The position numbers and the translations under genes are program-made. The notes beneath the pieces are model-generated. The model had not been told where the DNA came from, did no database searches, and worked only from the letters and a program-made list of their open reading frames with translations. From assembly GCA_001179505.1 (NCBI GenBank), contig CDMY01001028.1:1-64000 (forward strand): DNA of 64,000 bases. The letters run 5' to 3'. Positions within the stretch are counted from its first letter, which is position 1. The number at the start of each line of letters is the position of its first letter. This stretch comes from Vitrella brassicaformis CCMP3155. Taxonomy: Eukaryota > Protista > Chromerida. This document shows, in pieces, positions 47,201 through 57,200 of this stretch.

Positions 47201-50200
47201 AATGTATGTACCACATCTTCTTTGCCAGTACTCTCATGTCGTCAGCGCTGCCGCATATGAGAGTCCTGGTACACGCAGTTAAGTTGGTACTTGACGTATG
47301 TGTCTCTCGTCGGTCTCTTATCCGTCCCATCTCCCACCGCACCCCGCCCCTCCCCGTCGCACACCATTCACGCCATGTACACACAGATGACGGGATGATT
47401 GCCAGCTGCACACACGAGCGGCACGGCACACAGGCTTGCAGACCTCAACGACGCAGCTGCCCTGACTTGATCCACGTACCATTCAGCACCTTGGTCAGCT
47501 CAGACCCGGTCTGAACGACATCCACATCGACCACCAGGTTGAGCGTTAGAGCCATAATACATGAATCTGTACCACTTCCCAGAGTGCCTGCCACGCAGCT
47601 GTGTGTTCTGCCGTCCACTCCTCCCCCCCTATGCTCGCGAATGTCTCAACGATGAGCTTCGAAAAGAGCGGCACGTGGGACGGTCTGACTCCGTGCTTAA
47701 TGTGGCGGAGTGCCTACAGGGCATGCCGGAAGGGATGCATGACGCAGCGAACGAAGGTGGACTGGCGTCCTGTACTGTGAGCTGCCCACCAGTTCCTTGT
47801 TGTTTTGCCACACTTCGGCAGGGTCATCGAGATGGGCCAACAGCATCTTCAGAATCTGACCGAAGATCCTGCCGGCAAGCCAGATACGTATATGTCTGCG
47901 CATCCTCTGGATGCGGTGCTTTGTTCTCACCGTCCATATGTGGCTGATGGCCGGACGAACAGCTTCTGGAGCGTCGGGGCGTTCGAAAACAGATTGTGCA
48001 AAAAGACTATGCCGATTTCCTGACACCACACATCATGCAGCAACCCATTCAGAGGTCGCTCCACATATCCAGCTGCCCCCCTCCACCGTCGTGTCCATCC
48101 TTGACAAACGCACACTGGCAATGTCTTCGAAGCTGGCAGTCTCTTCTTGTGCGTCTCCCCAGCCAACAAAGGCAGAAACACGCCGGCTGCTGGAGACCTA
48201 TAGGAGACTCAACGACAGCAGCATTTGTCTGCTCGAAGTCACCATACGCAGCTTCACTTACAATGCTGGTACGCGGAGGTGGCGACTTGACGTTGATGCT
48301 GTCTCGCTTCTTGTCTCCCGCTGGACCGCCCCCTCCTTGAGGCTGCTGCTGCTGCTGGTGCTGCTGCTGGCTCAAGGCAGCGGTCCTCTTGCGGTCCATC
48401 ACCTCACGCGCATGGTCAGACCCTGTGCGGCGCCAAATTGGGATGTACTCATCTGCGACCCGCTGTCTCTTCTCATCTCACGTGTGCTGAGGGTCGTGGC
48501 GCTGGATGTCTCGCTCGTGGCGTCCACCTCGCGGATGGCGAGGGGACCGTGGCTGCCCTCCGGCAGCTGCGGCGTGGCGTCGACGGACGGTGCCAGCTTG
48601 CCCTGAGCGACATATGGAGCCATAATCCTGGTGTGTGGCATGTTGTTCCGGAATTAATCCAACCACCTCATCTGTCAGCTTCTGTGATACAGATTTCCGG
48701 AGGATCCCCCAAGAGTCCACAATGGTCGAACGGTACCTGGCCCAATAAAGCGAACGGGTGTATGTGGCGATGGGCGGTCCCTGGTTGGATCACTCACTCG
48801 GGTTTCCATCTATCGGTTCTGTCCTAATGGCGACAAAGCAAAAAAACTCGTCAAACACGTGTGCACCTGAGTCGCTTCGTCCGTACACGTACATGTATGG
48901 CGACCTCCCTGCACACATGCAAGAGAGGACCAAGCCAGCCTTGTGTGTAGCTATCTGTGTATTTCCCCCATCGTCTCTTACCAGAGCCAGCTCCACACTT
49001 CCTGCTGTGCGGCGTCCCATCGCGCCCCCAGGATCTCCTTCAGCGTCTTGATGGCCACCTCACTCAGCTGCGCACCCGCAATACCACACAAGTCATATGG
49101 ACGCGTCACACAATGCACGTCTCCACGATTTGACTGCCGGTTGCGTTGCTTGCCTTCTTGATGTCGACTTGGGATATGAGGGTCCCTGGCTGGGTGCCGA
49201 GACCGAGGGACTTGTTCAAGCCCTGACAACACATACATGCAGGAGATGTGTAGACACGTCTAGCTCTTCCAAATGTGGACCTGCTTGCCTTAAGGTGTTC
49301 CAGGTCAGTCACGATGCGCACCATCTTACCCAGAAGGTCGCATAATTCCCTGGCCATCCTCTTGAGGCATACAAACAAACACAAAGAGGGGATTCCTGTA
49401 CAACCCCCACGTGTTGTCTTGTACGTATCTGACATGGTGTAGCTCATTGCTGTTTATGCTGGTCACGCGAACACCAACTGCCGTGGTCTTTGCCCTCATC
49501 CCAAGGCTCTCAGCGTCAACCATCAGATTGGCATGCAGCTTGTATTGGCTGACACATAAAAGGAGACATCTGGATGTACAGGGAAGACGGACTGCAGCCC
49601 GCCATTCTTTTCTGTGCTTGTACAAAGTCTCAATCCCGAACTCATCATTGATAACCTGTACATAAAGACCAATGCACACTGTGTGCACAAAAGTGCCTTT
49701 CTCTGCCACTAGCAGCAGCGCGCACTCGTCCGTACGTACGTTCCATACGAAGAGGAGTGATTCGACGCGCCTCTGGCTGGCCGAGACAGACGACATGAGC
49801 AGCTCAGCTACACCATTCCACAGCCACGTCCACGCCTCTCCTACCTGCCATCAATCAAGGTCAAACGCATCCGTCCCCATGGAATATACTCGTGTAAAGA
49901 TGGGTTTGCCGCCTACGTTCGAGTCCCACTCGTCGCCCAGCACCTGCTCCCTGCAGAAAGGCATACACTACTGAAAGAATGCGAGTGTCTTGCCTTCTCT
50001 CCCTGTCGGCTCGCCTGTTCCAGTGCAACGAGGACAGCCTGTTGGAGGATCGGAAAGTACTGGAAGGGATCGTCCTACAGCATTGCAGCACAGTCAGTCA
50101 TTGAAGAGGGGGAATGTATAGCAATGAGTATACGGACCAAGTCAGCAAAGTAGTGGACGTGTCTGAGACCGAGGATGCGCATCGACTGGTCCAGGCTCAC

Positions 50201-50922
50201 CAAGTCGCCAGCAAATGAAACCATAGTTGCCTATGTTGGCAACCATCGATACACAGACGCATACAGCCATAGACAAACACAATGAAGGGCGTGTGCGTGT
50301 ACATCATTTATGCCTTCACATCCTCACTGACATACAAGAACTGTCTCGAATGCTTGCGCCATGTACATGCTGCATACGCAACCACACACACAAAGGCACA
50401 CAGCATCTCGACAGGTGGTTGTTGCTTACGCGCCGCGTCTGTAGATGGATTGGAGCTCAGGAGCATAACGCAGCATCTTGGAAAAGATGATCGCGCCTAT
50501 GCTGCGTTGTATACATAGATAAAGACCATGAGTACATGACGAAGAACCTCGATGCGGGCCATCAGCAATCATGCCACCTCGCACCTGTCTCTTGCCGTCT
50601 GCTTGCTGAGCAAGCGGATAGAAACCATCAAAGAAATCACCATGTATCCCGCAACTGAAGTCGCTTCTCTTCTGTGTCCTTACGCTATGACACGACGCCG
50701 TGACTCCATGATGAGATCGAGGTAGACCTCGGCCGCCTCAGCCTCATCCTCCCCCAGCCGATCGTCCACTGCTCCCTCTATCTGCTCTACTAAGTGGTCC
50801 GCGCTGAAGTCACTCTTGGGAGTGCCGACCTCGACATTCGCCCCATGACACGCCTCACGGACAAACAGACGACGATGTCCATTCGTGCTGACCTCCACGT
50901 CTCTCTCGTATGCTAGGCGCAT
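44225..50922 (-). CDS. Triple-globin plus TRP-like cation channel fusion, copy A (one apparent frameshift at ~46850)
   Basis: G1: IMESRRRVIA|KQTARDS|IGAIIFSKMLRYAPELQSIY..LDQSMRILGLRHVHY..DPFQYFPILQQAVLVALEQ|VLGDEWDSN|VGEAWTWLW. G2 lacks the His. G3: EIGIVFLHNLFSNAPTLQKLF..|IFGQILKMLLAHLDDPAEVWQNNKEL|ALRHIKHGVRPSHVPLFSKLIVETFASIGGEEWTAEHTAAWQALWE. Channel: ELFLHP|VLKFIVDKKW, FDNMGTTFLTLYSLML, FVTAAVLVMLNLLIAQLANSY. 3' end approximate. Confidence 0.85.
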
Positions 50923-50934
50923 GCAGCCGATGTC

Positions 50935-51718
50935 ATGATCATTTCGCGACGCGGCGAACGAGCGAGTCCCGACCCCCCGACGGAGGAGGGCAACTCATGC
51001 GAACTGGGGGCCTCCTCGACGTTTACAGCGAACTGGGGGCCTCCTCGAGATAAGATGCGGCGGAGACGGCCCGCAGACGACGGTCCGCCAAGCCAGGCCT
51101 CAGACGACCGGCGCTTGGCCTCTCGCCTTGCTCATCTTCGATTCATCGGTAACTGGACGGACCGATGGATGGACGTGTACAGTACGTTCCAGAACAGGAT
51201 TGCGTGGAATCATTTCAGAAGCCTATGGACAGTGTATCACGGGGGCAGCGGCGGGGGGTATAAACGCTTCCCAATATCGCAGTGCGTGACAATAAGAGAG
51301 AACACTCTTAGCGCCATCTTCTGTGAGTTTGCGTGATTGCTTCTCTTCCAGGTACCGAAGCAAGACCGATGCCCTGAAGCATGCCATCCTATACCGCGAC
51401 GACAATTGCCCTCTGGGAAAAACCGACCTTCTTCTTTTGGATGTCTCTCCTTATGCTGATACCGTGAATTGGGACACGGCCAAGATGGAGGAGTACGTCG
51501 CGACGACGCAAGGGATCGCATGGACCAGCAGTACGCCACATCGCTGGAGAGACAAGGAGGGCATGCGAGTCGGCATCCGCGTGGACATGCTGGAATCACG
51601 GGCACGCGGTGGCGGACGGAATCAACTTGAGATACCATTCCACGTCTTCCCTGCCGGGTCACAGGTCAGCACCGCTCTCCAGTATGCGCGCGCATGGCGC
51701 TTTCACTATGTTTCCTAA
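50935..51718 (+). CDS. Small protein with two AP2-like DNA-binding domains, 2 exons
   Basis: Exon 1 ends at 51281 and exon 2 starts at ~51351. Spliced: FQNRIAWNHFRSLWTVYHGGSGGGYKRFPISQ|YRSKTDALKHAILYRD, matching the ApiAP2-like pattern (W..W.V...K.F.I.KY..A...AI.YR). A second copy reads TQGIAWTSSTPHRW..IPFHVF..VSTALQYARAWR. Confidence 0.6.
50999..51048 (+). repeat. 21-bp direct repeat, 29-bp period
   Basis: gcgaactgggggcctcctcga at 50999-51019 and 51028-51048. Confidence 0.9.
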
Positions 51719-53168
51719 AACGCCTACATGCGCAATCCAAAATATCGAGGATTCCAGCATGTCCACGCGGATGCCATGATTCCAGCATGTCCACGCGGAT
51801 GCCATGTCAGGGATGGCCTTGCCAGCCCGCATGCGCCATAACATGACCCACGCCACATAGTGGCCCATTCGTTGCTTTCCACCGTGATCGACGTGCGACT
51901 CGATCCCCACCAGCCGGTAGCTTCTTTCCTCTCCCCGGTCATCCACCTTGTAGACCAGCGGACACATGACCGGCCGTGGGTCTCTGTCCTCGCCAGACAG
52001 GATCGGCTCCTCCTGGCCGGTCACGGGGTGCCTGCGCACTCCCGCTGGCTTGAGCAGATAGCGGCTGATGGACACTAGGAAGAGCTGCCGGTGGGAATGA
52101 ATCTCCTTTGTTATCCGAGTCGGGGTGCGCTTGGCGCACAGGGCACAGTCGACATCTTCAACCTCGCCGCCACTATCCGTACCACCACCCCCAGTGGCCC
52201 AGCCGGTGATGGCGTCCTCCATCTTGATGGGAGCCGTCTCTGGGTGGTAGATGTCGTAGTGAGGCCGCTGTGCGGCTGCCAACAATGTGTGCGCGTATTC
52301 TGTTTTGTGGCGGACGGCGGAGCAGATCGTGCACTTGATAGTGGTGTCGAGGGAGGCACCGATGAGCCGGTGCGTGGGGATCTCGCTGAGGTGGTCGGCC
52401 TCAAATTGCTGCTCTTGCCTCCCGGAGCGCTGGCTCATCTCAGAATTGTCGATCAGCCTGAATTCAGATGGTCTCAGCCCGATCACACAGGTGATGGGAC
52501 GTGCTATTTGTAATGCCTTACCCGGCGAAACACTCACTCGCGTCCTGCTCGGCCTTCGGCGTGAAGCTCCCGTTAATAGAGCTGATATTGTCGACCCACT
52601 CTTTGAGATAGAGACTCCGCCGCCGTCTCCCGTCTGCCACAGATTCTCGGTATGTGTGCAGCGCCAGTTTCTCGGCCAGACATAGGAAACACATCCCCGT
52701 CCACAGTCCGTCCTCCACAGAGAGCCGTCCCACGTCTCCACGATGAGAGACGGCTCGGCTCTCGCAACATGTGCACGAGTGGAAGTGCGAGACGAGGAAA
52801 CGCACGAGGGACGGGGCGTGCGTGAGGAGTTGGAGCAGCCCAAGCAGGTGGCAGGTCATCTCAGCTTGCCCGCTCCTTCGTATAAGACCGACAAGCGCTG
52901 GCTCCAAGTCAGCATCGTCTCCCTCCTGCAGCACATCATCGTCGGCTCCGATAAGATATCTCCGATTCGAGATACGGCTCTGCGGAGAAGCAGCCATTGG
53001 AAGATTGACCCTCTGCTGCGTTTGAAGATTGACGCCCAAGGGAGACGCGCCAATCGTGATTGTAAATTCTTCCAGCTGGGATGCTGGTTGTGGCGCTCTG
53101 TTTGCGTGTTTTGCCGATGGCAAGGCATGGCGGTATGAAGAGTATCCGGGACTGCAGCACACGGACAC
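51659..53168 (-). CDS. Divergent ubiquitin-specific protease (peptidase C19/USP-like), 2 exons
   Basis: Cys box GLIRRSGQAEMTCHLLGLLQLLTHAPSL and FTPKAEQDASE in exon 1 (GG|gtaagg donor ~52521). Exon 2 has Zn-finger pairs KCTICS and DCALCA, YRLVGIESH, His box MGHYVAWV, and WTCWN. Confidence 0.72.
51750..51805 (+). repeat. 28-bp tandem duplication, with an inverted 26-bp copy at 51572-51597
   Basis: gattccagcatgtccacgcggatgccat x2 (51750-51777, 51778-51805). The reverse complement ggcatccgcgtggacatgctggaatc is at 51572-51597. Confidence 0.92.
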
Positions 53169-53283
53169 ACATCCATGATGGTGTATATCGTAAGAGGGAG
53201 CAATGTGTAGTCATCGCATGGAGACCAATAAACATCATGAGATATGCTCATGTCCGAAGGGGAAGGGGGGCCTAGGCATGTCC

Positions 53284-53435
53284 GCGAAGCATCCCTCGCT
53301 CCGCCATACATGAATCACACAGATTGACTGACATGCCGTCGGCGCTTCGGGCACCTTCGGTGCCCTCCGCATTTGAGTCAATCGCTGGCTAGTCGTTGCT
53401 CGGCTCGGCCCTTCGGGCCTCGCCTTCGCATTTGA
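53284..53435. other. Cluster of GC-rich DNA mini-hairpins with TTC/GAA triloops
   Basis: gcGAAgc (53284-53290), gggcacc-TTC-ggtgccc (53349-53365), ggccc-TTC-gggcc (53407-53419). The two larger hairpins are each followed by cgcatttga (53368-53376, 53427-53435). Confidence 0.7.
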
Positions 53436-54201
53436 TCACCACAGAGAGGCTGCAGACTTTGTTCAGGGGTGGCTGACATGCGATGGCGTGGGTGGGATGT
53501 GTGTCCACGGGCAACTTCACGGCCTTTGGATGTCCGAAGTGGAAGCATCAATGCCAATCATGGTTACCCTCTGAACGGCCTTCTGAAAATTACGGTCGCT
53601 GTCGCTTTGCTGCTCTCATTTTCAGGAAGGCCGCACAGGGGGACGAAGGTGGGGGGGGAAGCCGCCAATCTGCTCTGGTCATCCTCTTGTCCCTCGTGCC
53701 ACGTCCTTCTGAGTGGGTCGCTATTGTCCATGCCGTCGACGACTCTGAATCCGAATCGCCCTCGTGATCACTAGCCAGTGGCATCTCATCAGACCTGCGC
53801 TCTGCCTCTTTTGATCTCGCTGATCCGCCCAACGACGCGTTCGTTCGTTCGCTCTGCTCCATGACGTGGATCATGGCGGTGAAGGGGCACCTTGATATCG
53901 TGTCCATGTTCTGCGCAGCAGCTGTGAGACTAAGTGGGTGGTTGTGGGGAAGGGGAGGGTGGCCGGGGGGAAGAGAGGCCATTGGAAACACTTGGATGCT
54001 GGAATTTAAGATTGCAATCTCTTTAGAACGGCCAACGGTTTGCAAGGTTCGGAGAATGATCGGGGACGGGCTGCCTCCCGGGCGGACCCCCGGTAGGCTC
54101 GAGAAGATGATGTTGTCCCGAGAACAGGTAAGGCGAGTGTCACAACCAAGGGACGACTCACGCAAAGTGCATCCCGTGTGTTTGTTCTCCTTGCGCTGCA
54201 G

Positions 54202-57200
54202 CCTACCAACCCTATGCGTCACCTGCAGCAAGAGCTCGAAAAGCGGCTTGGCAAACCAGTCACGTCAATCCCTCTCGACACGGACGAAAACATCGATGAG
54301 GTTGAGCGAGGATCAGGCAACATCAAGACACCGCAAGAAAGCCTCGCCAGTGAAGGAAGGATCCTCAATCAACGCGACACTTCGGCGGAGGCCGGAGCAG
54401 AGAAGGGCCGTGGGACGCCACGGTCCAAGTCACCCCCCATACATAGCCCTGTCAGGACGATGCCTCAACCCGAGCAGCCAAGGCCGTCGGAGCCACTTCC
54501 GTCAGCACAAGAAGAAGGCGGCTCGGCTGATGTTCCAATGCCGCCCGCCACGCCACCTGCGGCTACGACACCTCTCTCCCCCCCAGGTGACCATCTGGTC
54601 TGGCACAAGGAAGGCCTTCCAGATGACAGCAGGATAAGGAATGTCCATCGGCCGACTGTCGAGCGTCGCTCATCTTTCGAGAAACGCAAGGCCAAGCGAT
54701 TCGACTCGCTGGAGGAACAAGGACTGCTGACGGGGCCTGTCGGCCCCCTGGATGTGATCAAAGAAGGCGCCAACGAAGTGATGGAGGCGGATGCGACAGA
54801 GAGCAAGCTCGACCAAGAGACTATCGATGGCTACCACGCCATTATCAAAGAGAGCTGGCGGCGCGTGATCACCAAACAGGTCAGCTGCATCCACTAAATG
54901 CTATTGGCCGCTCATTTCGCGTCTGTCGCCTCAGTCGAAGAAAAATAATGTGGGCGCCTTGGTGAGAAAGGCAACCGAACAACAAAGCCAGCCAAGTATC
55001 TGCGTGTGTATGTGTCGTGTGTGTACTGCGCGTTTCGGCAGGTATTTGACTCTCTTCTGCGCTTTGCCCCAGAAATCTCTGTCCTCTACAGACATGGCAA
55101 AACGTACATGTCTGCCGCTTTCGAGACTGTCTTGAGCGCGATGGTTGCCTTCTCGACGATTGGGGACGACGTCATGGTGGAGAACGCCATGCGCATCCTG
55201 CCCTTAGACACGTCTTCTACCTATCCACTATCAGCGATCCGTTTCTCTACTTTCCGATCATGAGGCAGGCCATTCTTGCAGCCTTGGAGCAGATCCTGAG
55301 TGACGAGTGGGACTCTACTGTCGCGGCCAGCTGGACGTGGCTTTTCGACTGGCAGTCGAAGCTCCTCATGGACGGCATCCGCGTCAGCCAAGAGAGGGTG
55401 GACGCCATCACCACCACATGGCAGGTCATCAATACACTGGGACGAGACACGTTTGTTTTGAAGCTGCACGCGAACCTGCTGGTCGAGGCTGTCGCACATG
55501 GGAGAGAAGACAAGCTCGACCAGGTCCGTGGGTGGTCGTGTGAATAAGGGGCCGACGTACCGTATGTCCGAGCGACATGCCGTGTGTCTCGCGTGTACAT
55601 GAATCGGTGTCTGTGCGTTTGTGCAGCAAGTGGCTGTCGATTTGATGGCCTTGATTGAGGACATGGTCGACGCCTGTACCAACATCCATCGACTGAAGGT
55701 GAGACGCATGACAGGCAGGCGATAGAGACCGAGGACAGAGCGTCAACCCTTGTGAAAACGTCAGGGTATGAATACGACCATGGGCATTCGCGTGAGTCCC
55801 TCTCTTCTTGGCATTCTCGATCTCAGAAGTGTACGTACGGAAGAAACAGGCCAGTGGATGCATAGAATGCGTGCATGTATACGATACAGCTCAAGGAGGT
55901 GTGTGAGCGATCTTTGCGCGAGGTCATGGGTCCGCGATGGCAAGATGCACAGACAGAGGCGTGGCGATGGCTCTTCGAGGTGGCGATCGAGGAAAAGGCC
56001 GGCAGATGGAGAAACAAGTGTGGATGGATTGAACGAGCCGACATATCCGCTCACCAATCTGTTTTCTTTGCCCATGTCTCCTGTCCGTTCAGGCACAAAA
56101 AGCGAATCATTGCATCCATGCGGCTCCTGAGGCGCAAGATACAGACCATCCTGGACGAAGACGAAGCGGCCAAGCATGAGCACCATCACAATCCAAGCCA
56201 AGTCGCCCCCGCGCAGCCTGACGCCCCCGTGTTCAGCGATGACGACGAGTCGGATAACAGCGACGCGGACGGCCTCAAGTCCCAACCCAAAAGGAACAGC
56301 CGCGCGGCCACCGACAAGAAGCACTCCAACGCTTTGCCGGACACAGCCAAGACGGAGAAAACTTGGCGGTCGTTCTTTGCTTACTTGTGGTGTGGGAGGA
56401 CGACAGGACATCGGAAAGACAGTACGAGAGCCGCAAAGGACAGGAAGACAATCGCGGATGCTGCTGCGGCGGCCAAGAAGCGCCGAGTATCCGTGTTTAC
56501 GATGTTGCCTACGATGCCAACTGTCGACGAGGCCGTGCTGAGTGTGGGTGAGCCGCCAAGGAGCAGCATAGTGGTGTCTCAGTTGCCAAAGGCGGCTCCC
56601 TCTGCCTTCGAGCTTATCGGGGAGGGACGCGGGGCGTCGCTGGACGAGGTGTCGAAGGTGACGTCGTCAAGGAGAGATCGTTTCCCGACCTATGGCTATT
56701 GGGCCCTTTCCTGTCTTTTAGATTGTTGGCCTGAAGTTTCACAGTGAATTGTTTGCAGAGGGTGAGTGGGGACTCATTTCGATAAGATTTCCCCCCTTAT
56801 CAAGTGTTGCTCTCTTTCGTTTGTATATCTGTGTTGGCGAGTAGCACCTAGTCTGAGCAACCTTTTCCTGAAGCCTACGGACGCATATGCGAGGCAAAGA
56901 TAGACGTTATCTGGCGCCCCAGTACACGGAATAAGCTGTGTGTCGGTCTGTTGTCGGTGGTGTTTGCAGGGTATTTGTATCGGTCATTTGAATGCTGTTA
57001 CAATCGCTCGATGACCCTGAAAAGCTGTGGCAGCAGCAGAAGGACCTCAGGTGAGCCAGGAGATGCTGCTCCTTCTCATGCACTCGGTATCTGGAAGGAC
57101 TTGGTGCTGACTGGCTTCGTTTGTCAGCCTCAGACACATACAATTTGGCGTCCGTGCCGCACACGTACCCATGTTCGGTAAGCGACGACAGAGAACTGCC

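Noticed and set aside
50999-51805. Short direct repeats with spacers as a CRISPR-like array
   Set aside because: Only two copies of each repeat, an 8-nt or zero spacer, eukaryotic context and no cas genes. These are simple local duplications.
50915-53460. Terminal inverted repeats bounding the AP2/USP cassette
   Set aside because: Only a 7-bp match (tgcagcc/ggctgca) and no target-site duplication, which is within chance.
53590-54231. Minus-strand 213-aa ORF with a CPF (heme-regulatory-like) motif, or a plus-strand ankyrin-like fragment (AVKGHLDIV)
   Set aside because: Both readings are weak and mutually exclusive, and neither could be joined in frame to neighbouring genes.
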